Below the pieces are notes generated by a model that searched no databases, was not told the origin of the DNA, and worked only from the letters and a program-made list of their open reading frames with translations. Below, in pieces: positions 39,181 through 47,514 of a stretch of DNA of 64,000 bases. The first letter of the stretch is position 1, and the number at the start of each line of letters is the position of its first letter. Source of the DNA: Gemmatimonadota bacterium (GTDB taxonomy: Bacteria > Gemmatimonadota > Gemmatimonadetes > Palauibacterales > Palauibacteraceae); contig JBDHHV010000001.1 of the NCBI GenBank assembly GCA_039589195.1, positions 59,634 to 123,633 on the forward strand. Direction: 5' to 3'. The position numbers and the translations under genes are program-made.

Positions 39181-39772
39181 TCAGATACTCCTCCGCGTAC
39201 TCGTCGCCGAGCGTCTCCCGCATGCGGCGGCGCGCCTGCATCAGGTGGTACCGTGACATGCCGACCGAGAGGTCCAACGCCTCAGCGATCTCACGGTGCC
39301 GCCGGCCATCCAGATCGTGAAGAAGCAGCACTTCGCGCTGGATCGACGAGAGAGCCCCGAGGGCCTCCGCGAGGTCGTCGCGGAGCTCATCCCGCGCGAG
39401 GTCCCGCGGGGGGCCGCCGCCCTCGCGGCCCGCCACCCGCGCCGCGCCGGCACGGGTCGCGGGGACGCTCTCGAGATCCGGTCCACGACGCAGTGCCAGA
39501 TACGCGCGGTAGTTGTGCGCCCGGTTGCGGACGATCGACAGCAGCCATGCGCCGAAGCGGGCGGGGTCGCAATCGTCGAGACGCTCGAGTGCGCGCAAGA
39601 ACGCGTCCTGACACACATCCTCGGCCTCCATCGCGGTCCCCAACTGGCCGAGCGCCACGGCGAACGCGGCCCGGTAATACCGGCGAACCAGCGCCTCGAA
39701 CGCCACGCCATCCCCCCCTCGGGCGCGAGCAACCAGGGACGCATCTTGAATATCTGGGTGACCGTCATCCAT
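39173..39772 (-). CDS. ECF (sigma-24) RNA polymerase sigma factor
   Basis: AFEALVRRY, AEDVCQDAFLRA, FGAWLLSIVRN, region 4 REIAEALDLSVGMSRYHLMQAR. Confidence 0.92.
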   Translation of the reverse strand: MDDGHPDIQDASLVARARGGDGVAFEALVRRYYRAAFAVALGQLGTAMEAEDVCQDAFLRALERLDDCDPARFGAWLLSIVRNRAHNYRAYLALRRGPDLESVPATRAGAARVAGREGGGPPRDLARDELRDDLAEALGALSSIQREVLLLHDLDGRRHREIAEALDLSVGMSRYHLMQARRRMRETLGDEYAEEYLNG

Positions 39773-39916
39773 TTAGGCCCGTCCTACGGGATATGACAGG
39801 CGAGCACCACCGCCCGTTAGGGGTGACCCGGGAAGGTAGCACCACGCTGGCCGGCCAACTTGCCCCACTGTACAACGGGGCCCATCCTCAGCGGAACATC
39901 TGATCGGGGGAAGCAC

Positions 39917-41656
39917 ATGGATTTTGGCGCGATCGTCGACTGGCTGAACCACAACGTCGCGGAGCTCGGGATTCCCGTTGGCGATGAGAAGATCACCCTT
40001 CAGGTGGTCCTCCTGCTCGGCACGGGGCTCTTCCTGACGCTCCGCCTGGGCTTCATCCAGCTTCGCCGTCTCGCGCACGGGTTCGCGGTGACCAGCGGGC
40101 GTTACGACGACCCGAACGAGCCGGGGGACGTGTCTCACTTCCAGGCGCTCACCACGGCGCTGAGCGCGACCGTAGGAATCGGAAACATCGCGGGCGTCGC
40201 GATCGCGATCCACTGGGGTGGGCCGGGGGCGCTGTTCTGGATGTGGATGACCGCGCTGCTCGGGATGGCGACGAAGTACACCGAGGTCACCCTCGCCCAG
40301 AAGTACCGCTCGGTGAACGAGAACCCCGAGCACAAATGGGAGGGCACGGTCGCCGGCGGCCCCATGTATTACATCGAGCGCGGACTCGGGAAGAACTGGA
40401 AGCCGGTCGCGATCTTCTTCGCGTTCATCCTGGGGATCACGGCCTTCCTGACCGGCAACGGGATTCAGGCGAACACGGTTGCCGATGCCATGCGCACCAA
40501 CTTCGGGATCCCGGTGTGGGTGAGCGGCTTGATCACCTCGGGGGTGGTCGCGCTGGTGATCCTGGGCGGGATCACGCGGATCGGTCGGGTAACGAGCATC
40601 CTGGCGCCGCTCATGGCGGCCGTCTATGTGCTCGGCGCCCTGATCGTGATCGTGATCAACGCGGGCGATCTGATCCCGACGTTCGGGTTGATCTTCCGCG
40701 AGGCGTTCAACCCGACCGCGGGGGTTGCCGGTACCGGGGTCGGGGCTTTCCTGGTGACCCTCATGTGGGGTGTGCGCCGAGGGCTGTTCTCGAACGAGGC
40801 AGGGCAGGGCTCCGCGCCCATCGCGCACGCCGCGGCGCAGACCGACGAGCCTGTCTCGGAAGGTGTCGTCGCGCTCCTCGAGCCGTTCATCGACACGATC
40901 GTGATCTGCACGATGACCGCGCTCGTGATCATCATGACCGGTGTATGGAACGAGCGCGTTGCGACCGAAATCGTGCTCGACGGTGGCGGGGACATGTCCT
41001 ACGTCACCGTCGCGCAGGATGGCGCGAGTATCTCGGCGGATGCATCGGGTCCGATCCGTTACGTGGACGGTCGACCCGCCGACCTCTCGGCCCCCCACGT
41101 GGCCTGGCACGAGGTCTCCGTCGACGAGCTGTTCGTCGACGAGGACAGGACGGTCCGCTTCGATGGAATCGTCTCCCCGGCGGACGGCACCGCTCAGCTT
41201 CCCGATGGCCGAACCGTGACCAGCCTGTACGGGATGGCGGTCGAGAGTGGGGCGCCGCTCACGATGGAGGGATTCCGGCGCGGGCTCTCACCGCTTGGCG
41301 ACTGGGGGCACTACATCGTGATCTTCTGCGTGCTCTTGTTCGCGATCTCGACCGCGATCGCCTGGAGCTACTACGGCGATCGGTGTGCCAACTACCTGTT
41401 CGGCGTCAAAGCGGTCTTGCCGTACAAGATGGCGTTCGTGGTCGCTCACTTCATCGGTGCGGTGGTCCCTCTGGCGGTCGCGTGGACGCTGGGTGACATC
41501 TTCCTGGCGATCGTCATCATCCCCAACCTGATCGCGCTGCTCTTCCTGGCGCCTCAGGTGGTAGAGACCACCCGGAGCTACTTCCAGCGGCAGCCGTGGC
41601 TGGAGAACGCCGAGGCGCATCGGCGCTGGAAGCAGGAGCACAAGCGCCGCCGCTAG
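39917..41656 (+). CDS. Sodium:alanine/glycine symporter (AGCS/AlsT family)
   Basis: ALSATVGIGNIAGVA, GGPGALFWMW, GGPMYYI, RGLFSNEAGQGS, PFIDTIVIC, WSYYG. Confidence 0.93.
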   Translation: MDFGAIVDWLNHNVAELGIPVGDEKITLQVVLLLGTGLFLTLRLGFIQLRRLAHGFAVTSGRYDDPNEPGDVSHFQALTTALSATVGIGNIAGVAIAIHWGGPGALFWMWMTALLGMATKYTEVTLAQKYRSVNENPEHKWEGTVAGGPMYYIERGLGKNWKPVAIFFAFILGITAFLTGNGIQANTVADAMRTNFGIPVWVSGLITSGVVALVILGGITRIGRVTSILAPLMAAVYVLGALIVIVINAGDLIPTFGLIFREAFNPTAGVAGTGVGAFLVTLMWGVRRGLFSNEAGQGSAPIAHAAAQTDEPVSEGVVALLEPFIDTIVICTMTALVIIMTGVWNERVATEIVLDGGGDMSYVTVAQDGASISADASGPIRYVDGRPADLSAPHVAWHEVSVDELFVDEDRTVRFDGIVSPADGTAQLPDGRTVTSLYGMAVESGAPLTMEGFRRGLSPLGDWGHYIVIFCVLLFAISTAIAWSYYGDRCANYLFGVKAVLPYKMAFVVAHFIGAVVPLAVAWTLGDIFLAIVIIPNLIALLFLAPQVVETTRSYFQRQPWLENAEAHRRWKQEHKRRR

Positions 41657-41761
41657 ATGGAGCACCGTGGCCCTCGGCCGGGGCCCGCGCCCGTCGACCC
41701 GATCCAACGTGGGCGGCTCCAAGCCGCTCACGCGACGCCGCGCGCGTGTGCTCGAGCCCGG

Positions 41762-41791
41762 TTTACAAGCCCCCCCGTAAAACGTTATTAT
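41762..41791 (+). promoter_or_regulatory. Candidate sigma70 promoter of the toxin-antitoxin operon
   Basis: TTTACA-18 bp-TATTAT in an AT-rich patch ~50 bp before the antitoxin ATG. Confidence 0.4.
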
Positions 41792-41840
41792 CTGCGATCC
41801 TTGTCCCGTCATACTTTATCCGCATCGATGTGAGAAGCGT

Positions 41841-42050
41841 ATGCTGACCGAGACAGTTGTCACCGTCTCCCCCAAGTACCAGGTCGTGATCCCACGTGTG
41901 ATCCGTGAATCGCTCGGGCTCCGGCCCGGCCAAAAGGTTCAGGCCCTCCTGTATCAGGATCGCGTGGAGTTCGTTCCCTTCAGGCCCGTGAAGAAGATGC
42001 GCGGCTTCCTGAGGGGCATCGAGAGGTCTCCCGCGGAGTGGAACGCGTGA
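41841..42050 (+). CDS. vapB: AbrB/MazE/SpoVT-family antitoxin (VapB)
   Basis: VTVSPKYQVVIPRVIRESLGLRPGQKV...KKMRGFLRGI. Confidence 0.88.
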   Translation: MLTETVVTVSPKYQVVIPRVIRESLGLRPGQKVQALLYQDRVEFVPFRPVKKMRGFLRGIERSPAEWNA

Positions 42051-42445
42051 ACGTAGTCGACGCGTCGGGCTGGCTCGAATATTTCGCGGACGGCCCAGAC
42101 GCGGCGTTCTTCGCTCAGACGCTGCAGGAAGTCGACCAGCTCATCGTGCCGACGGTCACCATCCTGGATGTGTTCCGGCACGTGTTACGCCACGGAGACG
42201 AAGGCGATGCCCTACAGGCAGCTGCCGCGATGCAGCAGGGGAAGGTGGTGAACCTCGACACCACCGTGGCACTGAGCGCGGGAAGATTGGGCGTCCAGCA
42301 CGACCTCAGCCCAGCCGCCGGGGTCGTGCTGGCGGCCGCCCGCCAGCACGAGGGCCGCGTTTGGACTCTCGAAGAGGAGCTGAGGTCGGTGGAGGGCGTC
42401 CAGTACCGGCCGCGTACAGGTCCGCAAAAATGGGGGCTCGAGTAG
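42047..42445 (+). CDS. vapC: PIN-domain VapC toxin (active site looks degenerate)
   Basis: GTGA overlap with the antitoxin; NVVDASGWLEYF, IVPTVTILDVF. Confidence 0.82.
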   Translation: MNVVDASGWLEYFADGPDAAFFAQTLQEVDQLIVPTVTILDVFRHVLRHGDEGDALQAAAAMQQGKVVNLDTTVALSAGRLGVQHDLSPAAGVVLAAARQHEGRVWTLEEELRSVEGVQYRPRTGPQKWGLE

Positions 42446-42472
42446 ACGAGTAGAGCTGGAGGGGCGAGTAGC

Positions 42473-42973
42473 CTAGGTAGCTCCGCCTCTGAGTCGCTCC
42501 GCTTCGGCCACGTATTGCTCCAGCGTGATGCGCCCGTCCAGGTAGCGGCGTTGCAGCCGACGCCACGCCGGTGTCGTTGGAGCTTCCGACGGCGCGTTAC
42601 CTGCGACCCCACGCAGGACGCTCGCCAGCTTCTCCCGCGCTCCGGATCCGCGCTCGGATCCCGATGGAACCAGGCCGCCCGCGGATGCGGTGACGCCGCC
42701 CGCAGACGCCAGCCCGGGTTTTGGTGCCGCCATGCGGTGGTACAGGCGCGGGTGTGCAACGGCGATGACATCCTCCACGAGGCTGCGAACGTCTTGCCGG
42801 CAGCAAGACCACAGCTCGGGCAACGACGCTCTCACGCTTCGGACCAGGCTCCCGGCCTCATCCAGCCACTCACCCAGCGCGCGCGCGGTGCGCTCGCGGT
42901 TCCATTCCCAACGCTCCCCATGCCTCCGAGCCAGCCCGACCAACAGGACGAACAACAGGAAGGCTTCGAACAT
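42473..42973 (-). CDS. Hypothetical protein with N-terminal TM and C-terminal SHOCT-like motif
   Basis: Starts 4 bp after the PadR stop; LQRRYLDGRITLEQY C-terminus. Confidence 0.6.
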   Translation of the reverse strand: MFEAFLLFVLLVGLARRHGERWEWNRERTARALGEWLDEAGSLVRSVRASLPELWSCCRQDVRSLVEDVIAVAHPRLYHRMAAPKPGLASAGGVTASAGGLVPSGSERGSGAREKLASVLRGVAGNAPSEAPTTPAWRRLQRRYLDGRITLEQYVAEAERLRGGAT

Positions 42974-42977
42974 GGCG

Positions 42978-43559
42978 CTAGCCCTCGCTCGCCGCCGGCT
43001 CGGCCGACTTCGGCCAGGCCTTTTCGATCTCGCGGGCGGCCCTGTCCAGGATCTCCTTCAGCGCATCGATCCTTCCCTCGTCCTCGCTCTCGCCGACGGC
43101 GCGATCGAAGCTCACCTGGGCCAGACGGATAAACGAGCGAGTGAGGTCCCGCATCTCCTGGCCGGTGAAGCGCTCACCCAGGTTCACGAAGCGATCGAAG
43201 ATGTCATCGTGCCGGACCGTGTGCTTGTCGAGGAACGCGAGGCCCTCTTCGGTGATCCGGTACGTCTTCTTGCCGTCCGCCTGCTCCGAGACCACGAACC
43301 CCTGGTCCTCGAGCATCTGGAGGGTAGGGTACACCGAGCCCGGGCTGGGCGAGTACATGCCACCCGACTCTTCCTCCAGGCGGCGAATGATCTCGTACCC
43401 GTGCATCGGCTGCCCACGCAGCAGGCCGAGGATGACGTACTTCAGGTCGCCCTTCCGAACGACGCGTCGTTTGGCTCCCAAAGGCCGACCGAAGGCGAAA
43501 ACGCCCGGTCCGCAGCAATTGGCCCAGGCTCCGAATCCCCAATCACGACCCGTTAACAT
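42978..43559 (-). CDS. PadR-family transcriptional regulator (YqjI-like)
   Basis: KGDLKYVILGLL..PMHGYEII...YSPSPGSVYPTLQMLEDQG...KKTYRITEEG; GGAG RBS. Confidence 0.92.
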   Translation of the reverse strand: MLTGRDWGFGAWANCCGPGVFAFGRPLGAKRRVVRKGDLKYVILGLLRGQPMHGYEIIRRLEEESGGMYSPSPGSVYPTLQMLEDQGFVVSEQADGKKTYRITEEGLAFLDKHTVRHDDIFDRFVNLGERFTGQEMRDLTRSFIRLAQVSFDRAVGESEDEGRIDALKEILDRAAREIEKAWPKSAEPAASEG

Positions 43560-43646
43560 CGCGCTTTCGCTCCTGCTTTGATCCCGGTTCGAGGCGTGTT
43601 CCGGTCAACGGCGCGGCCATCTCCGCCGACGTATCGCGACCGGTCA

Positions 43647-43693
43647 CGATATATCGCCTACGTATCGATAACGATATATCGGGTCACTGTCAA
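43647..43693 (-). promoter_or_regulatory. Two palindromic CGATATATCG operators overlapping the padR promoter
   Basis: CGATATATCG at 43647-43656 and 43672-43681; TTGACA on the minus strand at 43693-43688. Confidence 0.7.
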
Positions 43694-43727
43694 GATCGCG
43701 GATCGGGGTGCTTGAGAGGCCCGACGG

Positions 43728-44525
43728 TTACGGGGCGGAGGTTGCCTCCGTCTCGGGCGCCTCCCAGAGCTCGATGCGTTGGCCCTCGGGGTCCATGATC
43801 CACCCGAAGCGACCGTAATCGTACTCCTCGAGACGCGCGTCTACCTCTACGCCGCCGGTCCGTAGCCGCTCGAGAAGATCGTCGAGTTCGCGCACGCGGA
43901 AGTTGATCATGAACGGCTTGTCGCTCGGGTCGAAGTAGTCGGTCGTGTCCGGGAACGGCTCCCACACGGTGAACGCGGCCGTCCCATCCACCTCCTGCCA
44001 ATGGAAGCTGATGTAACCATCGGGGTCCGGCGTGACGCCCAGGCGTTCCGCGTACCACGCTTTGAGGGAGCCCGGATCGCCGGTCTTGAAGAAGACCCCT
44101 CCCATGCCGGTCACCGGGCCGGGAGCCGGCGCGCAAGCGGCTAGCTGGTCGCCGGGCTCCCACAGCTCGACGCGGTGCCCGTCCGGATCCATGACCCAGG
44201 CGAAGCGTCCCTCGTCGCGCTCGACGATCTCTTCGTCCACCGCTTCATCGGCGGACCGCAGAGACTCCACGAGGGGGTCCAGCCCGACGACGCGGAAATT
44301 GATCATGAACGGCTTGTCGCTCGGGTCGAAGTAGTCCGTCGTGTCCGGGAACGCGCCCCACACGGTGAAGGTCCGCTCGGGCGGCTGACCGACGCCGCGT
44401 CCCTCGAACCAGACGCCTCCGCCGTCCGCGGATACCAGCCCGAGGTGATCCCGATACCAAGCTCGCAGGTCGTTCGGCGCGGAAGACTTGAAGAAGATCC
44501 CACCGATTCCAGTCACTCCGGTCAT
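43728..44525 (-). CDS. Double-domain VOC/glyoxalase family protein
   Basis: Two copies of VTG(I/M)GG.FFK...WY...FPDTTDYFDPSDKPFMINFRV...GRF.W.MDP.G.R.ELWE. Confidence 0.9.
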   Translation of the reverse strand: MTGVTGIGGIFFKSSAPNDLRAWYRDHLGLVSADGGGVWFEGRGVGQPPERTFTVWGAFPDTTDYFDPSDKPFMINFRVVGLDPLVESLRSADEAVDEEIVERDEGRFAWVMDPDGHRVELWEPGDQLAACAPAPGPVTGMGGVFFKTGDPGSLKAWYAERLGVTPDPDGYISFHWQEVDGTAAFTVWEPFPDTTDYFDPSDKPFMINFRVRELDDLLERLRTGGVEVDARLEEYDYGRFGWIMDPEGQRIELWEAPETEATSAP

Positions 44526-44738
44526 TCGCGTCCACCGTGTGTCAAGGTATAATTGGGCTCGCGAGTCGGGCTGATAGGATCTCTGCGGAGCATTCCGGCC
44601 GCAACTCGGTGGGAACCGAGGCCATGCACACCGGAAGCCGAGGCTCACGGGCGCCGGAAGCCGAGGACCTGCGCGCCAGGGGCTCGGGACGCGCACGCCA
44701 GCGGGCTGGTAGACGCTCCCCCAGTAGATTGGGTCGTC

Positions 44739-46787
44739 ATGCAAGCGAGCGATCGCGACAGGAAGTGGGGCGCCGTTCCGGTCGGGCTCATCCTGGTCGG
44801 AGTTCTCGCGGCCGTGGTGGCCGTGACTGCGGATACGTTGGGGATCGGTGGCAGAGGTTTCGGGGCGACCCAGGCCCTGCTGCTGATCGCCGGCCTGGTA
44901 GTGGTCTTGACCGGCGTGGTGAGTCTCCGGCGAGGGCCGGACGGCCACGCCCACGAGAGGCGCCGGGTCGTGTCGGGGCCGGTCCAGATCCTGGCGTTGT
45001 CGACCTGGTTCGGACTCGCGGCCGGCCTTCCGGAACTGGCGAACGGGGGCCTGATGCAGCTGTTCGATCAACCGGTCCTCGGCAAGACGACCCACGCCGT
45101 CTGGCTGATCCCGTTCGTGAGCCTGCCCTTGTTCTTGGTGGCAGGTGTGGTGCTGGCGGGCTTGGGCCGGAGATTCGACAAGCTGCGCTCGGTCGGGGGC
45201 CTGACGAGCGTGCTCTCGTTCGGTGTGCTCTTCGCAGGACTTCTCCTCTTCGAAGAAGAGCTTCACGTGGTAGCCCTCCTCCTGGTCGCGGCAGGGATTT
45301 CGGTGCAGGCGGGTCGGCTGGCTCGGCGGCACGGTGGGGAGGTCCTTCGACTGACACGGCTGACGCTCGCCCCCCTGATACTGCTGTGGATTGTCGTTGC
45401 ACTGTGGGGCCGTGCCAGCCCGGGCCTGAGCGAAGGGCGTGCGCTGAGATCCTCGCCTCTCCCGCCGGACGGCGCGATGAACGTCCTTCTCCTGATCCTC
45501 GACACGGTCCGGGCCCCTAGCATGAGCGTGTACGGATACGACCGACCCACGACACCGAACTTGCAGGCGTTGGCCGAGAGAGCCGTGACGTTCGAGCGCG
45601 CCTTCTCGACCGCTCCGTGGACGCTACCGTCTCACGGGAGCCTGTTCACCGGTCGATACCCACACGATCTGTCCGCCGCTTGGCTGGAGCCGCTCGACGA
45701 CACCCACCCTACGCTGGCAGAGATTCTTTCGGCCCGGGGATACAGGACCGCCGGGTTCGTGGCAAATCGACTGTACGCGGCCGCGGGCAGCGGTCTGAGC
45801 CGTGGATTCACTCACTACGACGCCGACATCGTCTCGGTGACCGAAGCCCTGGGCAGCTTCTCTCTGACTCGTTACCTGGCCGAGCGGTCTTGGCTTCGCA
45901 AGCTGATCGGGACGCACCAGGTATTGGGCCGCAAGAGCGCCGAGAACATCAACGCCGAATTCCTGTCCTGGCTGTCACGATCATCAGACCGGCCGTTCTT
46001 CGCGTTCCTGAACTACTACGATGCTCACGATCCTTACATCCCGCCGCGCCCGTTCCGAGGCCACTTCGGATCACCGGATGCCGACTGCCCGCCCGAACTC
46101 TGGTCGCCATCGAGTCTGCGCTCGGCGCAGGCAATCGCGCCATGCGTCGACGCGTACGATGCATCGCTCGCCTACCTGGACGAGCAACTCGGTGTTCTGC
46201 TGCGAGAGCTCGAACGACGTGGGCAACTGGCGAACACCCTGGTGATCGTGACGTCAGACCACGGAGAGGAGTTCGCCGAGCACGGGTTGATGAACCACGG
46301 CAGAAGCCTCTATCTGCCCTCGCTGCACGTGCCCCTGATCCTGAGCCTCGGTGGTCTTGTTCCGCCCGGCATCCGACCGACCGAACCAGTAAGCATACGC
46401 GCCATTCCGACCACGGTCATGGAGTTGATCGGTGAGGATTCGCCGTTTCCCGGAGAACCGCTGTCCAGGTGGTGGCAGGCGAGCGCCGCCGCATCCGCCG
46501 GCGTTGCCATCCCTGGGGCGGAGGAGTGGATCGCGGCCGAGACCGGTGCAAAGACCTGGCTCACCTCGCTGAATCCGGTCTCGAAGGGAAACATGCTATC
46601 GCTCGTGGCGCGAGGTAGACACTACATCAGGAGCGGGGATGGGTACGAGGAGCTGTTTGACATCGTCGGCGACCCTCTGGAGCAAGAGAATCTGATCGGG
46701 GGGACGGAAGGGTCGGAAGACGTGGAATGGTACCGGGCGACGAGCGCTCCTCTTGCCGAGCGCTACGCCGCACGCCGGAGTCCCTGA
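44739..46787 (+). CDS. Membrane-anchored sulfatase/alkaline-phosphatase-superfamily protein
   Basis: About 7 N-terminal TM helices; NVLLLILDTVRA, STAPWTLPSHGSLFTG, NYYDAHDPY, TSDHGEEF, HVPLI. Confidence 0.85.
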   Translation: MQASDRDRKWGAVPVGLILVGVLAAVVAVTADTLGIGGRGFGATQALLLIAGLVVVLTGVVSLRRGPDGHAHERRRVVSGPVQILALSTWFGLAAGLPELANGGLMQLFDQPVLGKTTHAVWLIPFVSLPLFLVAGVVLAGLGRRFDKLRSVGGLTSVLSFGVLFAGLLLFEEELHVVALLLVAAGISVQAGRLARRHGGEVLRLTRLTLAPLILLWIVVALWGRASPGLSEGRALRSSPLPPDGAMNVLLLILDTVRAPSMSVYGYDRPTTPNLQALAERAVTFERAFSTAPWTLPSHGSLFTGRYPHDLSAAWLEPLDDTHPTLAEILSARGYRTAGFVANRLYAAAGSGLSRGFTHYDADIVSVTEALGSFSLTRYLAERSWLRKLIGTHQVLGRKSAENINAEFLSWLSRSSDRPFFAFLNYYDAHDPYIPPRPFRGHFGSPDADCPPELWSPSSLRSAQAIAPCVDAYDASLAYLDEQLGVLLRELERRGQLANTLVIVTSDHGEEFAEHGLMNHGRSLYLPSLHVPLILSLGGLVPPGIRPTEPVSIRAIPTTVMELIGEDSPFPGEPLSRWWQASAAASAGVAIPGAEEWIAAETGAKTWLTSLNPVSKGNMLSLVARGRHYIRSGDGYEELFDIVGDPLEQENLIGGTEGSEDVEWYRATSAPLAERYAARRSP

Positions 46788-46820
46788 CGGGATCGCATCC
46801 GTCGGGCCCCCACCTCGATG

Positions 46821-47514
46821 TCAGTCTTCCTCGCGATGAACGACGTGGACGCTTCGTTGTGCGGTCGGGAGCAGGAGCACATCCGCAACATTGACGTGAT
46901 CGGGCGCGTTCACGACGAAGTGCACGACATCCGCCACGTCGTCGGCCGTCAACGGGTCGAATCCCCGGTACACGGACTCCGCCTTCTCCTCGTCTCCGTG
47001 GAATCGGACCGAAGAAAACTCCGTGTGCACGAAGCCCGGATTGCGGTCAGGGCTCGAACGGCGAACTTCGAAGCATTGTACACATTGCCTTTCGGGTAGA
47101 CCTGGTACCCCGCGGTGCTGCCGATATTGACCAGGTGCCCTATGCCTCGCGCGAGCATGGCGGGCAACAGGGCGCGGGTAACGAACAAGAGGCCTTTGAC
47201 GTTGGTGTCGATCATCCGGTCCCAGTCCTCGAGATCACCCTCCTGTACCGTCGCGAGGCCGGCCGCCAACCCCGCGTTGTTGAGCAGGATATCGGGAACC
47301 CAGCCGGTCTCCAGGAGGGCGGCGGCCTCCGCAGCAACGACGTCACGATGTCGTACATCGACCTCGGCGACTCTGACCTCGATCCCGTGCGCGGAAGACG
47401 TCGGGCCCAAAGCGCCAGGTTCGCACCCGCGCTGGCGAACCGCCGTGCGCAGGCTGCACCGATCCCCGAGCTCGCTCCCGTGATGAGGACCCGCTTTCCC
47501 GCCAGTCGGTTCAT
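46821..47514 (-). pseudogene. SDR oxidoreductase (YdfG-like) broken by two frameshifting deletions
   Basis: TGASSGIG in one frame (47514-~47397); NNAG, NIGS and YNASK in a second (~47396-47043); PGFVHTEFS...PLTADDVAD in a third (~47042-46821). Confidence 0.8.

Noticed and set aside
42439-42471. Three CGAGTAG copies between vapC and the convergent gene
   Set aside because: Too short and irregular to support a repeat element or regulatory site.
44540-44553. TATAAT and minus-strand TTGACA near the VOC start as promoter elements
   Set aside because: No properly spaced partner element was found; insufficient support.
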